Below are positions 1 through 8,834 of a stretch of 64,000 bases of DNA, in pieces (the first letter of the stretch is position 1; the number at the start of each line of letters is the position of its first letter). Both the position numbers and the translations under genes were made by a program. Source of the stretch: an uncultured archaeon (GTDB lineage: Archaea > Asgardarchaeota > Heimdallarchaeia > Heimdallarchaeales > Heimdallarchaeaceae); NCBI GenBank assembly GCA_964534625.1, contig CAZHRF010000010.1, positions 12,004 to 76,003 of the forward strand, written 5' to 3'. The notes beneath the pieces are model-generated. The model made no database searches. It was not told the DNA's origin and saw only the letters and a list, made by a program, of their open reading frames with translations.

Positions 1-253
1 ATTATAACTAACACGTCTTCAAGAACAGTGCTAAATAACAATTTGTGACGTTTCAATAGAGAACACTGCATAGTAAAGAGAAAATAATTGTGTTACGGAC
101 TGAACAGATCAAGAGGAGATAATCCAGCACCTTGATACAGTACACACACCAGTATAAGAAGTCGGAAAGTATCCCCTTGCATTTCGTTTGGGATTAGTGG
201 ATGCTGTATTCGTCCGTTTGTCTGATAATTGATTGTAACTGACGTTTCTATGA

Positions 254-431
254 GTGACTTTCTCCTCAACATTTTTGATATAAAAGTATTACGGAAAAAT
301 GAGGAGAAACATGAGAAAGAAAACATGCCAGATTATTCGTGAAGAAGCAAATGGAACAGAATAATAACATTTAAGCAGTTAGTATTTCTCCTCAAGAAAA
401 CAAGTAGATTTTTAAATGGGGAGAAAGTCAC
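254..431. mobile_element. MITE-like non-autonomous element (178 bp)
   Basis: 12-bp perfect terminal inverted repeats GTGACTTTCTCC (254-265) / GGAGAAAGTCAC (420-431). Flanked by direct repeat TATGA (249-253 and 432-436). Motif TTTCTCCTCA at 259-268(+), 300-309(-), 385-394(+) and a variant at 417-426(-). No credible ORF inside. Confidence 0.6.
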
Positions 432-521
432 TATGACGACAAGAGCAATTAAAGTAATTTTTAAAAATTGTTACCCATGAACTTCTAAAAAAATCTATAA
501 AAGAATACATTTTTTAATGTC

Positions 522-549
522 TATACTCCCCTTTTTTTAGGGGTGTATA
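522..549 (+). promoter_or_regulatory. 5' hairpin overlapping the moxR ribosome-binding site
   Basis: TATAC-T-CCCCT / loop TTTTTT / AGGGG-T-GTATA; the 3' arm holds the SD-like GGGGTG upstream of ATG 552. TATA-like TCTATAAAA at about 494-502. Confidence 0.35.
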
Positions 550-551
550 TT

Positions 552-1568
552 ATGAGTCCCAAAAAAGAAACGACTTCACAAGAAATTTCTAATATTTCCA
601 ACATAAAAATTACGAATGTGGCAAAAAAACTTCAAAATGTACGAGAAAACGTAGCTAAGGTAATTGTAGGACAAAAACAAATTATTGACGCTATGATTAA
701 TGCACTGCTCTCTGATGGACATGTACTTATGGAAGGAGTTCCGGGTATAGCAAAAACATTAATGGTCAGAGCACTTTCTAGAGCTATTTCAGCTGAATAC
801 AAACGAATACAATTTACGCCAGATATAATGCCTTCAGATATCACAGGTGTAATGGCCTATCGCCCCGAAACAGGAGACTTCTATTTTAAGAGCGGTCCAG
901 TTTTTACAAATATTCTTTTAGCAGATGAAATTAATCGTGCTCCCCCTAAATCTCAAGCTGCAATGCTTGAATCAATGCAAGAGAGACAAGTAACAATTGA
1001 AAAAACATCCCACGTATTACCAGCTCCATTTTTGTGCTTTGCTACCCAAAATCCTCTTGAAACAGAGGGAACATACCCATTACCAGAAGCGCAATTAGAT
1101 CGTTTTGCATTTAAAATTTTAGTTTCTTATCCAGAAGAATTTGAAGAAGTAGAAATTTTAGACCGATTTACAGGCGAATACACCTCTTACGACAAACTGG
1201 ACGACATTAAACCTATTTTAACCAGTAAGGAAATTATTCAATACCAAAAATTCATTCGTACAAAAATATCTATTTCTGAAGAATTAAAGAAATATATAGT
1301 AAGAATTGTTAATTTAACACGAGAGAGCGAAGAAGTGTCACTAGGCGGTAGTCCTCGAGCAAGTTTATGGTTGGCTATTGCAGCCAAATCTTCAGCAGCT
1401 ATGGAAGGGAGAACATATGTCAATCCAGCTGATATCCAAAAAGTTGCAAAAAATGTCCTCCGTCACAGAATAATTATTAAACCAGAATATGAGTTCGATG
1501 GAACAACTTCCGAAATTATTATCGATAGAATATTAAAACACACCCCTGCACCCACTATAGAAAAATAA
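552..1568 (+). CDS. moxR: MoxR family AAA+ ATPase
   Basis: Walker A variant GVPGIAKT, RIQFTPDIMPSDITG, Walker B LLADEINRAPPKSQAAMLESMQE, ATQNPLETEGTYPLPEAQLDRF, SPRA lid. GTG at 543 is an alternative start. Confidence 0.95.
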   Translation: MSPKKETTSQEISNISNIKITNVAKKLQNVRENVAKVIVGQKQIIDAMINALLSDGHVLMEGVPGIAKTLMVRALSRAISAEYKRIQFTPDIMPSDITGVMAYRPETGDFYFKSGPVFTNILLADEINRAPPKSQAAMLESMQERQVTIEKTSHVLPAPFLCFATQNPLETEGTYPLPEAQLDRFAFKILVSYPEEFEEVEILDRFTGEYTSYDKLDDIKPILTSKEIIQYQKFIRTKISISEELKKYIVRIVNLTRESEEVSLGGSPRASLWLAIAAKSSAAMEGRTYVNPADIQKVAKNVLRHRIIIKPEYEFDGTTSEIIIDRILKHTPAPTIEK

Positions 1569-1579
1569 AGGCGAATAAG

Positions 1580-3736
1580 ATGTTTTCAAGAAAACAAGCG
1601 ATAGTTTTATTGGTTTTTACCCTTCAAATCTCGCTTCTTTTTAGTGTGGGATTTATAGGATATAATGAGACGAGCTCACAAAACAATAGTGTCTCTGCTC
1701 AAGAAGGATTAACAGTTACTATTCGCCGAGAGCAACAATATTTTATTAATGATACTGTTATTACTCATGGATATATTCATTGGTCCGATTTAGCAGATGG
1801 ACAATTATATCTTTACACCAACACATCAGAACTTTTTGAATATGCATTTTGGGATGCAATTGGCAATTATAGTGACGAAAGAGTCATTGATGATGGTGAC
1901 AAACTAATTATTCGTATTCGAACAACCGAGCTTTACTATAAAATAAGTGGTGTCTATCATCCCGATTACTTTATGGACACCAATTTTATTGTTATATTTA
2001 ATACATTCTGGGCACAATTCAGTTATATTACCCCCGATAATGAACAAAGGTATGCACCAGTTAATTATTATAATAAACAATTACTGCCAAAAGGGGCAGG
2101 TATTGTGAGTTTTGCCCCTACAGATGGCGCCACTATTATTAGAGAAAAAGGGTCATTTGGAGTAGTTTGGGGGTATGAAGAACGTGCCATGGATCCTTTC
2201 CATGATCCTTTAACTTATGAAATCACATATAATTTTGATCCTATTTATCTTCAATTTACAGAACAAATGTTTGAAAAACAACAGCAAATCGATCAACAAC
2301 AAAGAGAACAACAATTACTGGATCAATTAAGAGCAAGTTTTAGATTCATAGCATTTTTGGCATTAATTCTCAGTTTACTAGCTTCCTTAATTGGTTATTT
2401 ACTAGCAAAAAGGAAACTACAAACAAAATTGGACGAAGCCCGCAGTCTTCCACGAAGATTATTGAGAGATATTGAGGCTGAAGAAGAACCGGGAAAACGT
2501 GTATCTTCGATGTTTAGTTTGGTTTTTATTGGTTTGGTATTGAGTTCATCACTGATTGCTTTAAATATAGACCAAGAAATGGGCGGATTGGTCGATAATC
2601 AACAAATGGGCATAGGATTATCCAATGTACAACCATTACAAGAAAATAGAAGGATTAACTATAAAACAATAATAGATCTTGGAAGAGAAGGTATTGCATT
2701 AGAATCTGTTACAATGGAGTTACCATATACAGTAGGTAATTTTTCTATCTGGGTACAAACAGATGAAATTGTCGATTTTAAAGCATATGATGAAAGAGGC
2801 GTACAAGTTTCTTATCAAAAATTTTCTAATCGATATCTTATCACTAATGTTGAAGGCTATATTAGATATGAGATGATTAGACCGTATACTTATTACAATA
2901 ATTCCAATATACTTGTATATCTTGATTATTTCTTTTTGGAATTTTATGATTACGAACTTGAAGATTATTCTAAAGCAGATATATCGTTTACAGTAATAAT
3001 TCCAGAAGGAGCTTTTCTTTATAGTGCATCTCCTTCAAACTTATTAGAGATTAGTTATACACCCGAAGGGAGAACCAAAGTTATTTTCACAGACGAAAAT
3101 AGAGCTATTGATCCATATCATGATCCCTTCTCAGCTCAAGTTACCTATGCTTTTATTGATGTTCTTGAGGCAATACAAGATGAAGAAGCAATCATACGCC
3201 ATTTTAGAACGAGAACTGAATTAACTGAAGAAGAGATCAAAACACTAAGACAAAATGTAATTTTCATTAGTTTAATAGCTCTTATTGCTCCAATATTGGC
3301 ATTTTTACTTTCATATTATATTATGCGAAACAAGATGTTGAAGAAAATTAAAGAAGAAGAAGAAAAACACGAATTATTAATTCCTGTTGAAGAAGTACAA
3401 ATTCAATCATTAATAGAAGCCCAAAAGATAGACTTAGACAAAGAACCTTGGAAGGCCATATTAGGGGGATACTGGGAATTATTAGCTTATTTAAGTAGAT
3501 TTACACCAGTAAACCTTCTTTCTGCACAACCAGAAAAACATAAGGAAATAATCACCAAATATATGCCATCATTTCTTATTACGGAAACATTAGAGTTTCT
3601 TTCTGTAGGAAAAAGTATAAATGAAAAACTCGAAAACAATGAACAGATTTTCTACAATAAGGCACAAGCAAGGGATTATTTAACTTCAGTTATGAAATTA
3701 ATGGAGAAACTTGAAAAATGGAGGAACGAACAATAA
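1580..3736 (+). CDS. Large membrane protein with internally duplicated extracellular domain-coiled coil-TM module and a C-terminal helical domain
   Basis: 718-aa ORF 11 bp after moxR. Signal/TM at the N-terminus. Two repeats sharing (L/I)PxGA and RAxDP(F/Y)HDP, each followed by a coiled coil and a TM with basic cap. Confidence 0.8.
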   Translation: MFSRKQAIVLLVFTLQISLLFSVGFIGYNETSSQNNSVSAQEGLTVTIRREQQYFINDTVITHGYIHWSDLADGQLYLYTNTSELFEYAFWDAIGNYSDERVIDDGDKLIIRIRTTELYYKISGVYHPDYFMDTNFIVIFNTFWAQFSYITPDNEQRYAPVNYYNKQLLPKGAGIVSFAPTDGATIIREKGSFGVVWGYEERAMDPFHDPLTYEITYNFDPIYLQFTEQMFEKQQQIDQQQREQQLLDQLRASFRFIAFLALILSLLASLIGYLLAKRKLQTKLDEARSLPRRLLRDIEAEEEPGKRVSSMFSLVFIGLVLSSSLIALNIDQEMGGLVDNQQMGIGLSNVQPLQENRRINYKTIIDLGREGIALESVTMELPYTVGNFSIWVQTDEIVDFKAYDERGVQVSYQKFSNRYLITNVEGYIRYEMIRPYTYYNNSNILVYLDYFFLEFYDYELEDYSKADISFTVIIPEGAFLYSASPSNLLEISYTPEGRTKVIFTDENRAIDPYHDPFSAQVTYAFIDVLEAIQDEEAIIRHFRTRTELTEEEIKTLRQNVIFISLIALIAPILAFLLSYYIMRNKMLKKIKEEEEKHELLIPVEEVQIQSLIEAQKIDLDKEPWKAILGGYWELLAYLSRFTPVNLLSAQPEKHKEIITKYMPSFLITETLEFLSVGKSINEKLENNEQIFYNKAQARDYLTSVMKLMEKLEKWRNEQ

Positions 3737-4449
3737 TGAAGCTATTTACAAAAATAATTATCATTACGCTTTTTTGTGCAATGAGTTTTATCATACCTTT
3801 GAAACCTACAATGGCATCAGAAGATAATGTTTGGACATCACCTGTCACTGAGTTTCAAATTAGTGAAGGAACCAACTTTTCAATATATACAAAAGGACCA
3901 ACAGTTTGGACATTTAAGAGATATACAACGTTAACATATTATTTTAATGCAACAGCTCTTGCTTCAAATGATAGCATAACTATTATCTCTGTTTCCGCGG
4001 GATACAACATTTCTGGAAGAGAATTTGCAGATTTCAAAGGAGGACCAGTAATTAATGAAACTTTTACAGAAGTCAATCAAGCTGTAAACGTTAGTTGGGA
4101 GTATATTATAGAAGAAGAGGATGTTGAAGATTTCTTTATCACACTTAGAATCACTGCTAAAAACTCAACAATGGAAAACAATGAAGATTTTTATACCATA
4201 TTTCCAGGTAGAGGAGAGGATATTGTTGTCGTAACAGAGATAGATTTGGCAATAATAGATCTCCCGGGTTTCCCTAATCCAGAGACTTTTATTATATGGA
4301 TTATCATTTTTTCCATTCTACTTATTTCTATTACTTTACCAGCATTATTTACAGCAAGCTTCAAAACGAAAAATGCCATAAAAAGGCATAGACGAGAGAA
4401 TAAAAAAACCAAACAGAACCCAATCCTTGGAGGTACTAATGATGAGTAG
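3736..4449 (+). CDS. Secreted protein with C-terminal membrane anchor
   Basis: TAATG stop/start overlap at 3734-3738, signal peptide MKLFTKIIIITLFCAMSF, beta-rich region with many N-x-S/T sequons, TM plus basic tail. Confidence 0.8.
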   Translation: MKLFTKIIIITLFCAMSFIIPLKPTMASEDNVWTSPVTEFQISEGTNFSIYTKGPTVWTFKRYTTLTYYFNATALASNDSITIISVSAGYNISGREFADFKGGPVINETFTEVNQAVNVSWEYIIEEEDVEDFFITLRITAKNSTMENNEDFYTIFPGRGEDIVVVTEIDLAIIDLPGFPNPETFIIWIIIFSILLISITLPALFTASFKTKNAIKRHRRENKKTKQNPILGGTNDE

Positions 4450-6031
4450 AGAAAAACCAATGTCTCCCTTGGAAAGAGGAATGAGAAAACTAGATGTTCT
4501 TATGCGTACATTTGGATTACGGACCAGAATTTTCAAAGGATCTAGTCGAGCTATCGTAAAAGGAACAAGGAAAACCTACCCTTATGAGATAGAAGCAACG
4601 GTTCTTGAAACAGCAAGAGGAATAGGAATACGTGTGAACCCTGATAAGATTTGGTATAGTTTCTTAAAAGTTATTCCTTTTGTTATTTTACTGGGGTTGA
4701 GTATAACACAGTTTGTGGCACCACAAGCAGGTAAATCAATTAGTGACGGGATTGGTGTTAATTTATTTCTTGCAGTACTGGGACATACCGTTAAACCCAT
4801 AGGTTTGTTTATCGTTCTTCCCTTAGTGGCCTCACTAGTGGTTGGAGCAGAAATACTTGAAAGACATATCAGAATGAATTATATTAAAAACCGAATGCCT
4901 CGGTTTTTATCCGGAGCCGAATGGGAAGTAGCTGAACCACCAATCTTTTTAGATCTTATTATATCAGCTAATAACATTTTATGGTTAATGTGGGTGGTTT
5001 TAATCATTATTTTTGCTCCTTTCACATTCTCTGAACAAATTGTTAGTAAATTTATTGATGTTTATGGTACAGAGCTAAGTGCTTTAAAGGAGAGTACAGT
5101 ATGGATTTCACTATTCGATATAGGGATAATGACAGGTGTGTTTTTTGCTATTGCATACAAGCAGTTTGCAGAATTTAGAGGTAGTCTAGATAGAAAGCAA
5201 TTTAGACAAGATATAGAACTTGAATGGGAAACGAGGGAATTATTACAAACAGGCTTTGGCGCTACCGTTGTTGGTTTCATTGAGCTTTCTATTTTTTGTT
5301 TCATGTTCTGGTCGAATATTAGTATTGTGCAAGCTATTATTTTTATTCTTATAACGTTAATTTCCAGTCAAATAGGGATATGGCTGTTTTGGCAAAAGGA
5401 ATCTTACAACTATATAGCAATCGAGTTATGGTTGTTTCTTAGTGTCGTTATTATGGTCTTTCTCAATGCAAACAATAAAGGGTACTCATGGATGATCATA
5501 TGTCATTTATTTTTAATCTTAATTGTACTAGGGGTATTTTTAAACAGGTATTTCGAAGAATACCTCAATGAAAGAGATATATTTGAACCTAGCTGGATTT
5601 TTAATCCCCTCCCACTAATTCCTTTAATAGAAGTTCTCAAAAAAACCAGATCAAAAGCACCAAAGGGTGTTAGAAGAGAACTCGAAGAGATCCAAGAAGA
5701 GGATATGAAGGATAAACTCAAGGAAAAAGAACCTGTAATACTTAATTTGCAAAAAATCACACATAAAGGCAAAGACGTAGAAAAAATAATTCGTGTGTAT
5801 CAAAAAATAGTTGATAGAGCAATAAAAACAAAAATCAACATCTTATCAATTGCTACGCTTAAAGAAACTATAGTTCAAAACATACAAGATGAAGAAATTA
5901 TTCAAGATGCAGAGAGATTTCTAGAAACAGTAGATCAATTACTATGGAATGATAATTTCAAACTTAAAGAAGAAAAAGATGTTTTAGAACAAGGAAATAG
6001 AGTTTACAACTATATTTTAAAGAGAGGTTAA
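4439..6031 (+). CDS. Multi-pass membrane protein with cytoplasmic C-terminal helical domain
   Basis: About 8-9 hydrophobic segments, GGAGGT RBS, overlaps the upstream gene; part of the operon. Confidence 0.8.
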   Translation: MMSREKPMSPLERGMRKLDVLMRTFGLRTRIFKGSSRAIVKGTRKTYPYEIEATVLETARGIGIRVNPDKIWYSFLKVIPFVILLGLSITQFVAPQAGKSISDGIGVNLFLAVLGHTVKPIGLFIVLPLVASLVVGAEILERHIRMNYIKNRMPRFLSGAEWEVAEPPIFLDLIISANNILWLMWVVLIIIFAPFTFSEQIVSKFIDVYGTELSALKESTVWISLFDIGIMTGVFFAIAYKQFAEFRGSLDRKQFRQDIELEWETRELLQTGFGATVVGFIELSIFCFMFWSNISIVQAIIFILITLISSQIGIWLFWQKESYNYIAIELWLFLSVVIMVFLNANNKGYSWMIICHLFLILIVLGVFLNRYFEEYLNERDIFEPSWIFNPLPLIPLIEVLKKTRSKAPKGVRRELEEIQEEDMKDKLKEKEPVILNLQKITHKGKDVEKIIRVYQKIVDRAIKTKINILSIATLKETIVQNIQDEEIIQDAERFLETVDQLLWNDNFKLKEEKDVLEQGNRVYNYILKRG

Positions 6032-6035
6032 GAAA

Positions 6036-6974
6036 ATGTCTGGTACTGAATCAAGGGTGACAGTTGCTAAGAAAGGAAAACAAGAGATCAAGATTCCATT
6101 AAAAAAACTTAAACAACTAGAAATCTTAGCTAAACATAAATCAACGAGTTTCTTACAAGGTCACCGGAGATCAATTTTTAGAGGACCAGGAACAGAGTTT
6201 ACTGATTTAAGAGAATACGTCGAAGGTGATGATCTCCGTTTTGTAGATTGGAATGCTTCTGCACGAAAACCCAAGGAACTAATTGTAAGAAATTATGAAC
6301 AAGAACGAAACATGAATATCATTCTTATGATGGATACCAGCTATTCTATGCAACTAGGTGATCCAATCCCAAGATTAAAAATGGGCGTTGAAGCAGTTGC
6401 TACATTAGCTTATACTGTTATGAATAACAGAGACAATTTTGGATGGATATCATTTTCAGATAGAATACATAATATTATCCCTCCAAGAGGAGGTAAAACA
6501 CATTTATACCATATATTCAGTGAAATGTTAAAAATCTCACCTATGGGTAAAACTGAGATAGGAAAGACATTACGGGAGATTGCTTTGGCACAGAAAAAAA
6601 GAGCGATAATACTTATTCTCTCTGATCTTCACAGCAACTTAAAAGAAGCAATGGAAGGTTTCAAAGTCGCTAATGCAAAAAAACACGAGGTTAAATTAAT
6701 TCACATTCATGATCCTGAAGAATACTTATTTCCAAAGAATCCTCGTCAGGTTAAATTTGAAGACCCAAAAACAGGGGAAATGAGAGTCGTCAACTTCAAA
6801 AATTTGTTGGAACGTGGAAGATACATGTATGAAATTGGCCTTCAAATTAAAGAGATTAATGAATTTAAAAGGAAAATACGTGGGCTAGAAATTGATGTAA
6901 TTGATGCACCAACAACCGTTCTTACAGAAAAATTATTATTGGCTTATTTTGGAAGTCGTAGGGGGAGGACTTAG
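6036..6974 (+). CDS. DUF58 family vWA-like protein (MoxR partner)
   Basis: GHRRSIFRGPGTEFTDLREYVEGDDLRFVDWNASAR, MIDAS-like DTSYSM, LILSDL. Confidence 0.93.
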   Translation: MSGTESRVTVAKKGKQEIKIPLKKLKQLEILAKHKSTSFLQGHRRSIFRGPGTEFTDLREYVEGDDLRFVDWNASARKPKELIVRNYEQERNMNIILMMDTSYSMQLGDPIPRLKMGVEAVATLAYTVMNNRDNFGWISFSDRIHNIIPPRGGKTHLYHIFSEMLKISPMGKTEIGKTLREIALAQKKRAIILILSDLHSNLKEAMEGFKVANAKKHEVKLIHIHDPEEYLFPKNPRQVKFEDPKTGEMRVVNFKNLLERGRYMYEIGLQIKEINEFKRKIRGLEIDVIDAPTTVLTEKLLLAYFGSRRGRT

Positions 6975-6980
6975 ATAAAA

Positions 6981-8834
6981 ATGAAATATACTAGAAAACT
7001 TACAGCTAATCTGTTGATTATTTTAGTTATATTAAGTTCAGTTTCTGTTGTAATTACCACATCAATTAAAGTTACTGCGGGAAGTAGTAGTTCTGGAGAT
7101 GTTCCACCACCGTCTGGGGGAAATGGGGATACAAGTGGAGGAGGAGCAGCGGGTGGCATGTACTTTAATTATCGGATACCCCTTATATTTAAGGAGGGGG
7201 AATTTGGTCCAAGCATTGTCACCATTACAGTGGTACAGAATGGTACAGCCTTATTCTTTAACTTTATATCACCAAAATATGGTAACCAAACCACGCTATT
7301 TAGTGGTGAACCACTGGTATTAAATCCAAAAAATGAACCTGAATTAACAAATGGTTCTTTGATTCAATCAACTGGTCCACTTCAAATAAATGTTTACCAC
7401 TCCTCTAAATCTGAATTATATGACGATAGTTACTCTTATTCAGTTTTAGTTATGTCAATGTGGGGAAGACTTTATCAGTCACCTTTTGACAACATAAAAG
7501 CAAAAATCATGGCAGGTTTTAATAATACAGAAATACAGATTAATCACCCCGATTCAGATATACAAGAAGAAAACCTTGATACCATTGGAGATAGTCTTGA
7601 TGTTACTTTATTTAAAGGCTCGATTATTGAAGCAAATGGTCCAATAGGGGTAGTTTTATACAATATGAGCACCACTACTGGTACTTTTGCCTTTACATCT
7701 ATCCCTAAATACCTTTGGGGAACAGAATATTCATTATCCTCGATTCCTGAAAGTCAAAATATAGTAGGATTAACTGATAACTCTGCATATGCTATTTCGA
7801 CAATTAATGAGATGGGAACAATCTTTTTTACAGATATCTATGAAGAGATCAACACTCAAACGATTGCTATTAACGAAACTATTTCATTATCTGCGTCTCT
7901 TGATGATAACTATTATGAGAAAGCCATTTCTACATCCGCCAATTATTCAATTACACTATGTTATGATTATGAGATTAACGACACTAGACACAAATCAGCC
8001 TTTCAGTTTATTTCACCAGATAATATGAAATGGGCAGAATTATATTATACATCAGTTGACCAGAGTCATAATTTGCTAAGATCAATATTTGTGAGTGATA
8101 ACACGACAGTAATTCCATTCGCTCTCTACGATAATGGTACTCAGATAGCTTTTGGCGATCCTGTATCAGGAGACATAGGTACTTTCATTACGTTTGGTGC
8201 AGATATACCATTTGGTTTATATGCAGAGGGATATTTATTTAGTTATATTTTTTCAGAAGCACCTGAAAGATTTAACTGGAATAGCACAGCTCATCTATTA
8301 TATCCCTTGAATTTATACTCTTATATTGATAATACTTCTACATCTTTTCCTTCTTGGTATAGATTTCCAGATTTAAATGTGAGAAGAATGGAGATTTATC
8401 CTGAAAATCCTACCGAACTCAGAAATTTAAAATTGGACATAATAATTCAGAATAATGGAACCATTCCTTGCGCACCGTTTTATACAACAGTTTTCATCAA
8501 CGATACTCTAAGAATACATAAAAAAATTGATGGGTTGGATATAAATGAAACATTTTCTATACCCTATGAACAGTTTCAAGGATTTGGTATAAAAACGTGG
8601 AATGTCTCTGTTTATGTTGATTCTCGAAATCAAATCTTTGAATTAGCAGAATTCAATAATTCATATGAAATGATGGTGGTTATATCTCGTAATTGGAATA
8701 TTATCTATATTGGTATAGCTGTTCTAGTTATTAGTCTTAGTATATCTGTTTTTGTGATCATTAAAAAGGCTATAAAAAAGAGAAGAGAAAGCAAAAATAG
8801 ATATGACATGATTTTTAGTGAGGTTGAAGTCTAA
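6981..8834 (+). CDS. Cell-surface protein: IgGFc-binding-like region plus CARDB domain and C-terminal TM
   Basis: Signal peptide, G/S/P linker, repeats ending MWGRLY and PKYLWGTEY, CARDB signature PDLNV...IQNNGT...VDSRNQIFELAEFNN, TM plus KKRR tail. Confidence 0.7.
   Translation: MKYTRKLTANLLIILVILSSVSVVITTSIKVTAGSSSSGDVPPPSGGNGDTSGGGAAGGMYFNYRIPLIFKEGEFGPSIVTITVVQNGTALFFNFISPKYGNQTTLFSGEPLVLNPKNEPELTNGSLIQSTGPLQINVYHSSKSELYDDSYSYSVLVMSMWGRLYQSPFDNIKAKIMAGFNNTEIQINHPDSDIQEENLDTIGDSLDVTLFKGSIIEANGPIGVVLYNMSTTTGTFAFTSIPKYLWGTEYSLSSIPESQNIVGLTDNSAYAISTINEMGTIFFTDIYEEINTQTIAINETISLSASLDDNYYEKAISTSANYSITLCYDYEINDTRHKSAFQFISPDNMKWAELYYTSVDQSHNLLRSIFVSDNTTVIPFALYDNGTQIAFGDPVSGDIGTFITFGADIPFGLYAEGYLFSYIFSEAPERFNWNSTAHLLYPLNLYSYIDNTSTSFPSWYRFPDLNVRRMEIYPENPTELRNLKLDIIIQNNGTIPCAPFYTTVFINDTLRIHKKIDGLDINETFSIPYEQFQGFGIKTWNVSVYVDSRNQIFELAEFNNSYEMMVVISRNWNIIYIGIAVLVISLSISVFVIIKKAIKKRRESKNRYDMIFSEVEV

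Noticed and set aside
93-326. 77-aa minus-strand ORF
   Set aside because: Spans the MITE-like element boundary and shows no protein-like motif; likely spurious.
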